From the NCBI GenBank assembly GCA_964247055.1, contig OZ176056.1:5394001-5458000 (forward strand): DNA of 64,000 nucleotides, in the 5' to 3' direction. Below the pieces are notes generated by a model, which saw nothing but the letters and a program-made list of their open reading frames with translations, did no database searches and was not told the DNA's origin. This document shows positions 1-11,734 of the stretch, one piece after another. Both the position numbers and the translations under genes were made by a program. The DNA comes from Paragordius varius (taxonomy: Eukaryota > Animalia > Nematomorpha). The first letter of the stretch is position 1. Each line of letters opens with the position of its first letter.

Positions 1-554
1 TTTAATTTTTTAAATATAATCGGACTTTCATCAAAATTTAATTATTTAAAGAATTTAAAAATCATTTTTCAAACTTGGCCTCATTGTATATCATAATTTT
101 GTGTTTAAAAATTAAAAATTCGCATATAAAAGATTAAATTTGAGCCATGTCAAAAATTAAATTATTTAGGCATGGGAATCATGTATTAAATATTACATTA
201 AAATTATTTTTATTCAAAAAAAACGATTAATATATCTATAATCCAAACTTCTCAAAACTTAATATAAAACAAATAGCCTACTAAAACTTTTTAAGCTAAT
301 GATATCTATGAATTTTTACATAAATATTGTGCCATCAAAACTCAAATGTGTATTTTGGCGAAAAATATAGTAGAATGTGTTTTTGAATTCAATATATATA
401 TTAAATAATTTTAATGGCTTAACATATCTCAAATTATAAATTTTAAAAATTGTATGACCTCTAAAAGACTGTAATTATGTTGATTTTAGTTGCAATCCTT
501 TTTTAAGATAATTTGTGAGAAACAATCAAGAAAAATAATTAGATAACTATATAC

Positions 555-608
555 CAGTGATATTCTTTGGTTTTACGTTTTCTTCCATTCTAGATCCATT
601 TGTTACTT
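555..608 (-). CDS. Putative phase 1-1 micro-exon, X-type: (E)VTNGSRMEENVKPKNIT(G/D)
   Basis: ccAG acceptor, GTATAT donor, 54 nt, open frame. Paralogs are 63 nt in the same frame. Confidence 0.7.
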
Positions 609-701
609 CTGGATTTTATAATACATAATATATAACTAATATATCTAAGTTAAATATTGCGAAATCGGTCATAAATGTAGTTTTTATAATTTTCATACAA
701 C

Positions 702-759
702 CCACTAGATATCTCAATCGGAAAATATAGAATAACTCAAAATGATTTTTAGTAGTCGG
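702..759 (-). CDS. Putative exon PTTKNHFELFYIFRLRYLV(G); Y paralog at 2903-2960 reads PIAKNHNFEIIFFRLRDIV(G)
   Basis: aatAG acceptor and GTTGT donor in both paralogs, both 58 nt, same open frame (phase 0 to 1). No compatible upstream exon was found. Confidence 0.45.
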
Positions 760-1052
760 CTATTTTTAACGAGTAAGTTAAGTGTGTGAACCATCAGATT
801 TTTCAATATAATTCAATTTTTTAAAAATTTAATAATTTGGATACTTTTGTTGTATAACCTTTTACATATATAATAAATAAAGTGCCATAATTCAGATTGA
901 AATAATTAAAAATATTATAAAAAACAATATTTTAAATCTAATTAGAATGTCATAAAATTATTTTTCAATTTGCTATGCATCGGAGTTCAAAAATATATTT
1001 GCAAATATATTACATAACAGGTTAGTTACTCATTTTATCTAATAACCAAAAT

Positions 1053-1135
1053 TTACATTTGGGGGTTAAAAATAATCAATTCTTCTAAATTATTTGTTTT
1101 ATAAACGGTTTTTACGTTATTGTTGTCTAAGTTAA
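1053..1135 (-). CDS. Putative exon (V)NLDNNNVKTVYKTNNLEELIIFNPQM*; Y paralog at 28828-28925 reads (V)NIDGMNLKVTAYKTNNIRFSLNGLIIINPQL*
   Basis: tatAG/tacAG acceptor in phase 1, matching the preceding exon. Paralogs differ by 15-nt in-frame indels. It ends either at a conserved TAA or at an overlapping GTAAA donor (phase 2). Confidence 0.6.
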
Positions 1136-1269
1136 CTATAAAATTATTTTTTTTCAGAATAATATCAGCATAAATATGATAATATATAAATAAAAAAATA
1201 ATCATATTCAAAATTATATTAAAACATTGATATAAATATAACTTTTAGCTATTATATGAAAAAATATAC

Positions 1270-1320
1270 CAATTGGATTATTATTTTTAGCGGGCACAAT
1301 GTCCATATTTCCTTTGGAAT
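1270..1320 (-). CDS. Putative phase 1-1 micro-exon (D)SKGNMDIVPAKNNNPI(G/V)
   Basis: tttAG acceptor, GTATAT donor, 51 nt. Paralogs are 54 nt (7260-7313), 66 nt (11669-11734) and 45 nt (29099-29143), all open. Confidence 0.72.
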
Positions 1321-2596
1321 CTAAAATATTATTTAGAGTGAGGTATTTAATAACATAGTATAGATTGTTATATTAATATAAAAACATCAGTAATAAAATG
1401 CGAGATCTAATATTTATAAGAATACATTGCAAAAAGGGTTCTGCGATCAAAAAATATACTCTTATAGGCTTATAATCATTAAACGCTACTTGTTTTATAA
1501 ATCTAAAAAAGCGTTTTTATTGATTGATAAAATATTTGTCTTTGGGAAAAATGCTATGTTTCGACTGTTCGGGAAAAACGTTTTATTGACTGGGAAAACG
1601 TTTCGATTGAATATAATTGTTAAACATACATCAATAACAGTATGATTACACATCTATTTCAAGACAACAACTCAATTTTATAATTATATTTGAGAGTTGA
1701 CTAATCAAGACTTTGTTTCAGATATTAATACAGGAGATTCGGTGTAAATTATTTTTATAGCAGATGTATTTATCACAATTGACTTCGCGATCCGCATTTT
1801 AGGATCAAAAATCCGAAGGGTCACATTATCGAAATTGAGCACAAACATTTTATTTAATTTTTAACATGACTGTAAAAACTAATATTTATTTACACAATGT
1901 TGTTAATTTTTGCCAAAATTATCGAAATAGGAAAATTTGTTTTGGAAACAAAATTTTTTGATCCCAAATCTATATAAATGGTTAGAGACCGAAGGATGAT
2001 AGGCTGTGTTTTTACCCTGTGTAGTGTACTACCTTAATTGTGAGACCATGTATTAAAATAATATCCACATAAACGTGAAAATAAATTTAAGAAATAACTT
2101 TTATAAAAAATATTTTTACTATAAAATATATTAATAAACCACTGATAAAACAACTTTTGCCATTTATAATATATAATCTACCAGTTGCAGTGTTATGGGC
2201 TTCAAAATCACCATTGGTTTGAATCTTATTTTGTTTTGACCCAATAGTTTTTATTTTAATTAAAGTTTTAAAATATAATTATATTCATAAAAGATTCAAT
2301 TTTTCTGCAGGATACCCTCTGCTAAGTATGCAATTACAATTACGCATGATCGAGATAAATTGGCCGTTAATATTTTTGTAGAGTTTGTATACTATTTAAC
2401 AAAACACCGAATTCAGCATGATAAAATTTAATAAGAAAACAATTAATAACATTAATTTTTAAAAAACTAATTTGCATAAATATCCTTTTACAATAAAATT
2501 ATACGCCATCAAAAAATCAGATAATATAAGGCGAACTCTTTAAAAAACTTTAAAGTATTAGTTAACTTAAAATGTGTTTTTCAATTCAATATATAC

Positions 2597-2647
2597 TAAC
2601 AAATTTTGCCTCAACATATATCATATCATAAGTAAAAATTCTATGAT
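2597..2647 (-). CDS. Putative phase 1-1 exon (D)HRIFTYDMIYVEAKFV
   Basis: cacAG acceptor, GTATAT donor, 51 nt. Paralogs are 57 nt (5090-5146, AHRIFTIYDLIYGEALHFV) and 54 nt (22086-22139, DYRIFIIYDLIYVEAHIV). Confidence 0.65.
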
Positions 2648-2748
2648 CTGTGCACTTTAATTATTGATAATTTTAGTTCGACTTATTTTTCAAAGAAAAT
2701 TTATTGAAAATTTAAGATCTTGGCAAAATCAATTAAAAAAATAAATAC

Positions 2749-2811
2749 CAGCCATAGTATTTGATTTTTCACTTTCTTTAGCTTCCATCCCAGATCCATT
2801 ATTTGCTACTT
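2749..2811 (-). CDS. Putative phase 1-1 micro-exon, Y-type: (E)VANNGSGMEAKESEKSNTMA(D/G)
   Basis: ccAG acceptor, GTATTT donor, 63 nt. The W paralog at 22235-22297 is also 63 nt. Confidence 0.7.
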
Positions 2812-3683
2812 CTGGATATGTTAAAATACATACTAAATTGATATATCTAAGTTATATATTTCTAAATTGATCATAAATTAGTTTTTATAATTTAGAGACA
2901 ACCCACTATATCTCTCAATCGGAAAAATATAATCTCAAAATTATGATTTTTAGCAATCGGCTATTTTTAAATAATTTGATATAATTTTTTACAAAAAATA
3001 AGTAAAGTGGTGAACATCAGATGGTTAAATAATTCACATTTTTAAATTTAATAATTTGGCTACTTTTGTTGAAAAAGCTTTCATATAATATATAAAATAA
3101 AGTGTAATAATCCATCGGATTGAAATAATTAAATTAAATTTAATTTTTTGAATATAATCGGACTTTCATCAAAATTTAATTATATTAAGAATTTGAAAAT
3201 GATTTTTCAAATTTGGCCTCATCGGAGTTTAATAAGCAAACTTTACAATTGGGGGTTTATAATTATCAATCCATTTAAATTTGTTTTATAAGCGGTGACT
3301 ATTAAGTTCATGTCATCTAAGTTTACTGTAAAATAATTTTTTGAATTTGGGCACCACTGCCCTTATTTTTGTGTAATGTTACATTTCAGAATAAGATATG
3401 ATAATATAAATAAAAATTAATTAGATAATGTTACTCAAAATTATATTTAACCATTGATATAAGAAATATAACCTTTAGCTATTATACGAAAAAAAAATAT
3501 ACCAATTGTATTAGTATTATTAGGAGGATTGTCCATGTTTTCTTCGTCTTTAAATTTATTTAGAATAAAGTATTTAATATTTTACATTGCCATATTAATA
3601 CTAAAATATCATTAATAAAATGCAAGGTCCAATATTTATAAGAATATATTGCAAAAAGGGTTGTGCAGTTATATAGCCTCATA

Positions 3684-4288
3684 CAGTGGCGGAACTATAA
3701 ATTGTGGCCCCCCCCAAGCTTTAAATACTTACCAACCTTTCCCCCAAAAAAATCGTTAGTTATCTTTTGACCTGGCGCCTGACTTAGATTCCTAGACATA
3801 TATTTAAACCTATCCTACTATGAAGATCAAATTCCTAATTCATAAATAGGACAGCTTGTTAAGTGAAGCTTTCTCTATTTTTGGCATGCTCACATATTCG
3901 TTGATATAAACAAATTGTCAACATATGCGTAGAATACGGGCCCATCTAGGAATAGCAGCGGGGAAACTGCTTAAATATAAATTAATTGCTAAAAGTTATT
4001 TTTTCGGAATTCGGATAAATAAATTTTGACATTTGTTTAGTCAGAATAAATTATTTTTTATGATAATATGGTTTTTTGATATTATAATAACAGGGCTTCG
4101 AACCGAACTAAAAAAGTGGAATTAGAACCGGGCTTTAATTTCAAAATGAATCGCTTCCTAAAACAGCAACAGGTTCCAATACGACTTGATAAATATGTAT
4201 TAATTAATGTATTGATTAAATGGAACATTAATGTGCGGACAGCCAAGTTTAAATTTTGAGAATGGCCCTCTTAAATTGCCGACCATTG
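3684..4288. mobile_element. MITE-like non-autonomous element, copy 1 (other copies 7459-8059, 23231-23822, 29281-29878, 48056-48660, 52469-53048)
   Basis: Interrupts the module after tagcctcaca. Left end cagtggcggaactataa; right end reverse-complements to caatggtcggcaatttaa or cagtgatcagcaatttt (imperfect CAGTG-type TIR as in hAT-family MITEs). No TSD and no coding capacity seen. Confidence 0.55.
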
Positions 4289-4497
4289 TTTTGTTACTCC
4301 TTATCAAAATTACGAAATCGGTAATATTGTTTTAAAGAAGCAATATTATTTGATGGCGTTAAAGCTATAGAAATGGTTAGGGAACCTTATGCGGACGATG
4401 GGCCGCGTTTTTAACAGCCCCTTAAAGCACTACCTCTTTAAATCAAAAAATATCTTTTTAAATAATTACTTTTGCCATTATGTAATATAAAATCTAC

Positions 4498-4557
4498 CAA
4501 TTGAAGTGTTACGGTCTTCAGGCTGTTCACTCGATTCACTCTTATTTTCTTTTGCCA
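4498..4557 (-). CDS. Putative phase 1-1 micro-exon, Z-type: (V)AKENKSESSEQPEDRNTSI(G)
   Basis: tttAG acceptor, GTAGAT donor, 60 nt. Copies at 24022-24078 and 48860-48916 are 57 nt (one codon fewer). Confidence 0.7.
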
Positions 4558-5250
4558 CTAAAGTTATTATGAAAAATAAAGTCTTAAATTAATATAATTA
4601 TATTATTAATTATATCATTATAAGATTTCAATTTTTCTGTAGGATATCTGATAAAAAATTGAAACTTTTTGCATTATCACTGGATTCACTGTTATTTTCT
4701 TTTGACACGAATTATTTTAAATGAATAAATTTGTATAATTATAATTATAAAATATATCAATATGAGGTTTCAATTTTCCTGTAGGATAACCCTAGCCTCT
4801 AAGTATGCAATTAAGCTATTACGCATGATTCAGATAAATTGGCTGTTAAATATTCTTGCATTTTTTGAACAAAACACCGAATTCGGATGTTAAAATTGAA
4901 GAAGAAAATAATTAAAGACATATCATAATAAGTAGTTACAACAAAACCAATTTGTTTAATAATCTTTTTATGTTAAAATTAATATAAAATAGCCTACTAA
5001 AATTTTTTCGATAGGGTGCCATACCGCTAATGATAACATTATTGCAATCAATAATTATTACTAAACTTAGAATGTGCTTTTAAAAATACTAACAAAATGT
5101 AGTGCCTCACCATATATCAAATCATAAATAGTAAAAATTCTATGAGCTTTAAGACACTATAACTATTGATGATTTTAGTTACAATCCTTTTTTTTCAAAG
5201 AAAATTTGTATCAAAGATCTTGGCAAAAAATTAATTGAAAAAATAAATAC

Positions 5251-5313
5251 CAGAGATATTGCTAAGTTTTACACTCTCTCTAGATTTCATATCAGATCCA
5301 GCATTTGTTTCTT
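5251..5313 (-). CDS. Putative phase 1-1 micro-exon, Z-type: (E)ETNAGSDMKSRESVKLSNIS(G/A)
   Basis: tttAG acceptor, GTATTT donor, 63 nt. Homologous to 555-608 and 2749-2811. Confidence 0.7.
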
Positions 5314-7458
5314 CTAAAGATTTTAAAATACATAATAATAATTATTATTCAATCAAATTAAATGCTAAATCGGTCATAAATGTATCATAATTTTCATTCA
5401 ACTCACTAATTCTAAAATTTTTCATAAACAGGTTAGTTACACATTTAACCTAACAAAACTTTACAGTTGGGATTTATTATAAAACGTTAAATATTCAGTC
5501 AAAGATAACAATATATAGAGTCTCATATTTATTTGTTTTATAAGCGACTTTTACGGTCATGTCATCTTAGTTATTGTAAAATTATTTTTTTGGATTTGGG
5601 TATTGCCCTTATTGCTGATATTACATCATATTTTTCTAAAATTGCTTATATATTAATTATGCTAAAAGAAAAATACGATTTTTTGATCTAAGTTATTATC
5701 TGATATAATCATAATAATTTAATATCTCAAGTTTTATCATTTTATTTTTAATTATGGTTATTTTTCATTTTTTGCCTAATTTTGATTTTCTATCAATATT
5801 TGAAAAACTAAGTCGTTTATATAAAATTTTTCTGGCAAAAAATTCGCTGGTTAGAACTTCATGAAAAAAAAATAGATATAAAAATTGACCTTCTTTTTTA
5901 CACACAGTGAAATAGTTGTTAACTAATTTATATCTATAAATATTTTTAAAGATTAATATGCCGTAAATTGGCTTTTCGATTAGCAATCACAAATTGGGAA
6001 TAACTTTCTTTAATCTTGGGGCCCCCTATAACAATTTTCTTACATATTTTTACGAGATTGTATATCATATTTTGTGTTTAAAAATTAAAAATTCGCATAT
6101 AAAAGATTAAATTTGAGCCATGTCAAAAATTAAATTATTTAGGCATGGGAATCATGTATTAAATATTACATTAAAATTATTTTTATTCAAAAAAAAAAAA
6201 CGATTAATATATCTATAATCCAAACTTCTCAAAACTTAATATAAAACAAATAGCCTACTAAAACATTTTACGCTAATGATACCTATGAATTTTTACATAA
6301 ATATTGTGCCATCAAAACTCAAATGTGTATTTTGGCGAAAAATATAGTAGAATGTGTTTTTGAATTCAATATATATATTAAATAATTTTAATGGCTTAAC
6401 ATATCTCAAATTATAAATTTTAAAAATTGTATGACCTCTAAAACACTGTAATTATGTTGATTTTAGTTGCAATCCTTTTTTAAGATAATTTGTGAGAAAC
6501 AATCAAGAAAAATAATTAGAATAACTATATACCAGAGATATTCTTTAGTTTTACGTTTTCTTCCATTCTAGATCCATTTGTTACTTCTGGATTTTATAAT
6601 ACATAATATATAACTAATATATCTAAGTTAAATATTGCGAAATCGGTCATAAATATATTTTTTATAATTTTCATACAACCCACTAGATATCTCATCGGAA
6701 AATATAGAATAACTCAAAATGATTTTTAGTAGTCGGCTATTTTTGACGAGTAAGTTAAGTGTGTGAACCATCAGATTTTTCAATATAATTCAGTTTTTAA
6801 AAATTTAATAATTTGGATACTTTTGTTGTAAAACCTTTTAAATATATAATAAATAAAGTGCAATAATTCAGATTGAAATAATTAAAAATATTATAAAAAA
6901 ACAATATTTTAAATCTAATTAGAATGTCATAAAATTATTTTTCAGTTTGCTATGCATCGGAGTCTAAAAATATATTTGCAAATATATTACATAACAGGTT
7001 AGTTACTCATTTTATCTAATAACCAAAATTTACATTTGGGGGTTAAAAATAATCAATCCTTCTAAATTATTTGTTTTATAAACGGTTTTTACGTTATTGT
7101 TGTCTAAGTTAACTATAAAATTAATTTTTTCCGAATAATATCAGCATAAATATGATAATATATAAATAAAAAATTAATTAGACAATGTTACTCTAAATTA
7201 TATTGAACCATTAATATAAGAAATATAACTTTTAGCTATTATACGAAAAAAAAATATACCAATTGTATTAGTATTATTGTTAGCAAGAACATTGCCCATG
7301 TTTTCTTCGGAATCTTCAAATAATATTTAGAGTAAAGTATATAATATTTTACACTGTTATATGAATTAAACATCATTAGTAAAATGCAAGGTGTAATATT
7401 TATCTGAATATATTGCAAAAAGGGTTGTGCAATTAAAATATGCCCTTATAGCCTCACA

Positions 7459-8059
7459 CAGTGGCGCAACTATAAGTTGTGAGCCACCCCGCAAGCTTTA
7501 AATACGGGCCAACCTTTCCCCCAAAAAAATCGATTGAAGTTATCTTTTGACCTGGCGCCTCACTTAGATTCCTAAACATATATTTAAACCTATCCTACTA
7601 TGAAGATTAAATTCCTAATTCAAAAGACAGCTTGTTGAGTGAAGCTTTCTCTATTTTTGGCATGCTCACATATTCGTTGATATAAACACATTGTCAACAT
7701 ATGCGTAGAATACGGGCCCATCTAGGAATAGCAGCGGGGAAACTGCTTAAATATAAATTAATTGCTAAATATTATTTTTTAGAATTCGGATAAATAAATT
7801 TTGACATTTGTTTAGTCAGAATAAATTATTTTTTATGATAATATGGTTTTTTGATATTATAAAAACAGGGCTTCGAACCGGTCTAAAAAAGTGGAATTAG
7901 AACCGGGCTTTAATTTCAAAATGAATCGCTTCCTAAAACAGCAACAGGTTCCAATACAACTTGATAAATATGAAATAAGATTGATTAAATGGAACATTAA
8001 TGTGCGGACCGCCAAGTTTTTAAATTTTAAGAATGGCCCATTAAAATTGCTGATCACTG
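7459..8059. mobile_element. MITE-like element copy 2 (abuts RTE 3' side)
   Basis: Same sequence as 3684-4288, with right-end variant gatcactg. Confidence 0.55.
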
Positions 8060-8249
8060 TTTAAGTGTGTGAAGAAAGTTCGAAAATTTGTTAACTAAAG
8101 ATAAATTTCAAAATAACATGAATCAAAGGTTAAAAACATTAGAAAAATAATGCACATTTGTATACCAGAAAACATATGTTAGCCAATTGACTTAATAATA
8201 AAATATGTGAAATAACAATCATTCTGTTAAAATTTAATGAATGTCCTTC

Positions 8250-11070
8250 AGGATTGCATTACAAAACATTTTTTACAATAAAGTTATTTCTCATACAATG
8301 TTGTAAAATGAATTGACCCACATTAATGTGGTTGGCCTGCATAAATTGCATATTCCATCCAACGCGCTTTAGGGCGCCCTTTCCCCTCTTGCCTTTCACA
8401 ATATAATCATCAATCTGTTTACCAATGTAAATATTATCTCTTCTTTTAACATGTCCGAACCATCTTAAACGATTTACCATAAACTTTTGCGTTATTGGTT
8501 TGATTTCCGTACTTCCTCTTATGTAGACATTCTTCACCTTGTCATTCCTCGTTACACCGCACATCAATCTAAGCATTCTCATTTCAGTAACCTCCAAGTT
8601 CTCTTCTGATTTCTTTATTGCCCATGTCTGTGAGTTGTACATCATTTTTGGCTGTACAACAGCACTGTAAATCTGACCCTTTACTTTTAGGTCAATATTT
8701 TTGTCACACAAAACATATGAGATCTTTTTATAATTTGCCAAACTATTTCGAATTCTTAAATTAATATCAAGTGTTAAAGAACCATCTGCTGCTAAAATCG
8801 CTCCTAAATATTTGCATTCCTCCTGTTTAATACCCATCCTTCTTCTAATTCTATTTCTCGTTTTTTCCCGCCAAAATTTATCAGTTCTGTTTTCTTTTTA
8901 TTAACTTTTAATCCGCATCGTCGTAACACATCAATCCATTTACCCACCAATTCTTTCAATTCATGCAACTCGTCGGACAGCCTTATTAGGTCGTCTGCAT
9001 AAAGAAAATAGAGCCACCATGTTGCCCCACTTCTTTTGAAATTTGGTTTAAGCATATTATAAATAGTAACGGGCTGATTGCAGACACCTGATAGACCCCT
9101 TCGTTTATTTTAATAGAACCTGACCCTGGTGTGTTTTAATTTTGGTTTGGGAATCGTACATGCATTTTAAAATCTTTTTGTACCTTTCAGGGACGTTTTT
9201 CCGTCTTAAGCTCCACCATATTGTGCGCCGTGGTATTCTGTCAAAAGCCTTTTCAATATCAATATAAATACCATGCAACTCCTTTTTCATTTCTATATGC
9301 TTCTCGATTAGCCTTCTTACTGCGATCGGATCAATGGTGGACTTTCCTGAAAAAAAACCAAATTGATTACCCTCTATACTAACCATTTTTCTCATTCTTT
9401 TCTCTAGTACTTTCTCAAATAACTTCATTGTATGCGACATCTCTAATTATTACAATCATTAATATCTCCTTTACCCTTGAAAATGGGAACAGTGAAACTC
9501 TTCTTCCATTCGGTTGGTATCATGCCTGTAGTTACTACATTATTAAAAATATCCGTCAAAAATTCAATACCTTTCTCTGACATTATTTTCCAACAGTTTA
9601 TGTTATTATCGTCCGGACCTGCAGCCTTATTTATTGACATCTCTTTCAAACCAGTCTGGACTTCTTCTTTTGTTATACTTTCAATATGCGCAGATATATA
9701 ATCTGGTGTTTCAGGAATTTGTTTCATTGGCGCCCAATTCAAGCTCCTGGAAGTATTCTTTCCACCTTTTCAATATTTTCGATTCCTCAACGAGTAATTT
9801 GCCGTTTTTATCTTTAATAGCTGTCCCGTAAGGGGGCAAGTCTAGCTTTCTTCTGTGTCTTTGTCGAGCAATTTTAAAAACTTTGTTTAGATCTTGCTTA
9901 CTGTTTACCTCTTTATATAATGATGAAGTCTTTTCTTTTTTGACCAATTTTACAAGCCTTTTAAGTTCCTTATTAATCCTTTTACATTTTTCCTTGTCTC
10001 CTGCTTGGTGGGTAAACCTCCACATTTCAAAAGCTTTATTTCAGCCATGCCTCTCTATAAACCTGATTTCTGCCACCTTTCATTCCGCACACCTTAACTC
10101 CCGCCTTCTTATTTTTTTTGGCGATTGAGACCAAACATTTTCTGGATCACTGTTCCTGTCTAGTATGCCTACCGTTTCTATAAATCTCTCTTTACTGTTT
10201 CTTAGGAATTCCCATTTAATTACCTTCGGCGCTATAAGCTTAGGCTTTTCGGCATTTATTGGTATATCTGTCATATATTTACACATAATTAAATTATGTT
10301 GTGTGCTAATCTGCAGGTAAGTATGACTTTGCAGTCCAAAACAAACTTTAAAGACTTTCGTGGCAATAGAATATAATCAATTTGTAACTTCTTATTTCCA
10401 CTTTCGTAGGTAATTAAGTGGCTATCCCTTTTAGTGTATTTGCCATAGCAATCTTATAGGATTGGGCAAATTTTAATAAACTAGCCCCTTCTTCAATTAT
10501 GACCCTGTAACCTTTTCCGCCGTGCCAAGGCTCAAACCTCTCCTATTTTGTCCCACGTGCCCATTGAAATCACCACAAAATATGATTTCTTTGTCTTTCG
10601 TTAATGAAGTCATTTCTGCGTCTAACAAATCATAAAATTTATCTTTCTCCGGTTTAGCTAACCCTATCTGGGGGGCCTAAACGCTAAAGATAGTAAAAAC
10701 CCTCTTATTTAACAATAGGTCGACACTTATAATTCTACTGTCAGCACGTCTAACATCAATTACTTGATTGGCAAATCATGAACACACTATTATGGCGACC
10801 CTACTGTAACCATCCGTAGAACCTGAATAAAACATTTTATAATTATCCTCTAATGTCTTAGTACCATTTCCACGGTATCTGGTCTCCTGAATGCCCAAAA
10901 AATTTACTTTTTTTACCCTCATAATTTTACTAAATCATATTACTTACTTTTTAACGAACCAACATTTATACTGGCAAAACACACTCTACAACATTCCTTA
11001 TCCCTATTGACCCCTACCTCCGTGCAATGGCTGGATCTGGCCTGCACGCCTTACAAAAAACACCCATAAA
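8250..11070 (-). mobile_element. RTE-clade non-LTR retrotransposon, near full length, pseudogenised (APE endonuclease + reverse transcriptase)
   Basis: Minus-strand frames give INVGSL..FLGIQETRYRGNG, SV*APQ, GDFNGHVG (APE), KAAGPD, VPIFKGKGD..DCNNY, DIEKAFD, LYADDL, KYLG and RLRWFGHVKR, all typical of RTE/BovB-like ORFs. Multiple frameshifts and stops. Ends approximate. Confidence 0.93.
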
Positions 11071-11668
11071 AAACAAAAATACAATATAGAAGAATAATAA
11101 TAGATAAAAATAAAAACTAAAATATATAGGAACTAATATGTAAATGCAAGCAAAAAGAATCAAAAAATTTGAACCAAAAAATAAAAAAAATACATAAATA
11201 AATTATATCAATAAATAAAAATGAAATTAAATACGCATCTTTACAACTGAGGAATTAGAATTATGATTTGGAATTTGTAATAATAAAACAAAAAATAGAA
11301 AAATTATAAGAAAAATATTATAAAGGTAATTACGCGCCATTTTTGAATGAATGTCTCAGTAATATATAAAATTATCCATCAGATCGATATAATTAAAAAT
11401 ATTATATATAATTTAGTATTTTAAAGATAATTAGACTTTAATCAAAATTTAATTATTTGGAGTGAAAAAAGTCATTTATCAAATTTCTATGCATTGGAGT
11501 CTAAATATATATTTGCAAAATTTATTAACAGGTTAGATAAACATTTGGCCTGACAACCAACTTTACAATTGGCGGTAATTAAAATTAATTAGTCATTGTT
11601 ACTCTAAATTATAATAAACCATTGATATAAAAATTATAACTTTATGCTATTATATAAAAAAAATATAC

Positions 11669-11734
11669 CAATTGGATTAGTGTCATTGTTAGCAGGCGCA
11701 ACCTTAGATGGACTCGCAATGTTTCCTTTGGAAT
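11669..11734 (-). CDS. Putative phase 1-1 micro-exon, R-type: (D)SKGNIASPSKVAPANNDTNPI(G)
   Basis: taAG acceptor, GTATAT donor, 66 nt, open. Near-identical copies in units 2 and 3. Confidence 0.7.

Larger units (their letters stand above)
84..7458. repeat. Cluster of diverged ~1.4-2.1 kb modules X1 (84-2160), Y1 (2160-3683), Z1 (4289-6050), X2 (6050-7458); equivalent clusters at 21830-29280 and 43520-52468, R modules at ~11370-12530, 33150-34310, 56360-57510
   Basis: Ordered recurrence of anchors (caccgaattc, gatcttggcaaa, ccagatcca, ctcaatcggaaaa, acatcagat, tttacaattgggg, ataccaattg, gcaaaaagggtt, gtactacctta) in about 16 modules. Confidence 0.9.

Noticed and set aside
1261-1350. Plus-strand reading IPIGLLFLAGTMSIFPLESK looks like a transmembrane segment
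   Set aside because: It is the in-frame antisense of an Asn-rich exon. Paralogs hit stops just outside the minus-strand AG/GT boundaries, which favours the minus strand.
1427-1645. Plus-strand 72-aa ORF, identical in three places
   Set aside because: It starts at TTG, and the identity reflects recent duplication. The frame is broken in the diverged R paralog, and no known motif is present.
3780-4000. Possible hAT dimerisation-domain remnant inside the MITE
   Set aside because: Only vague similarity across several stops; not supportable by eye.
8060-8250. RTE 3' tail or TSD
   Set aside because: No clear microsatellite tail or flanking duplication was seen, so the element boundary remains approximate.
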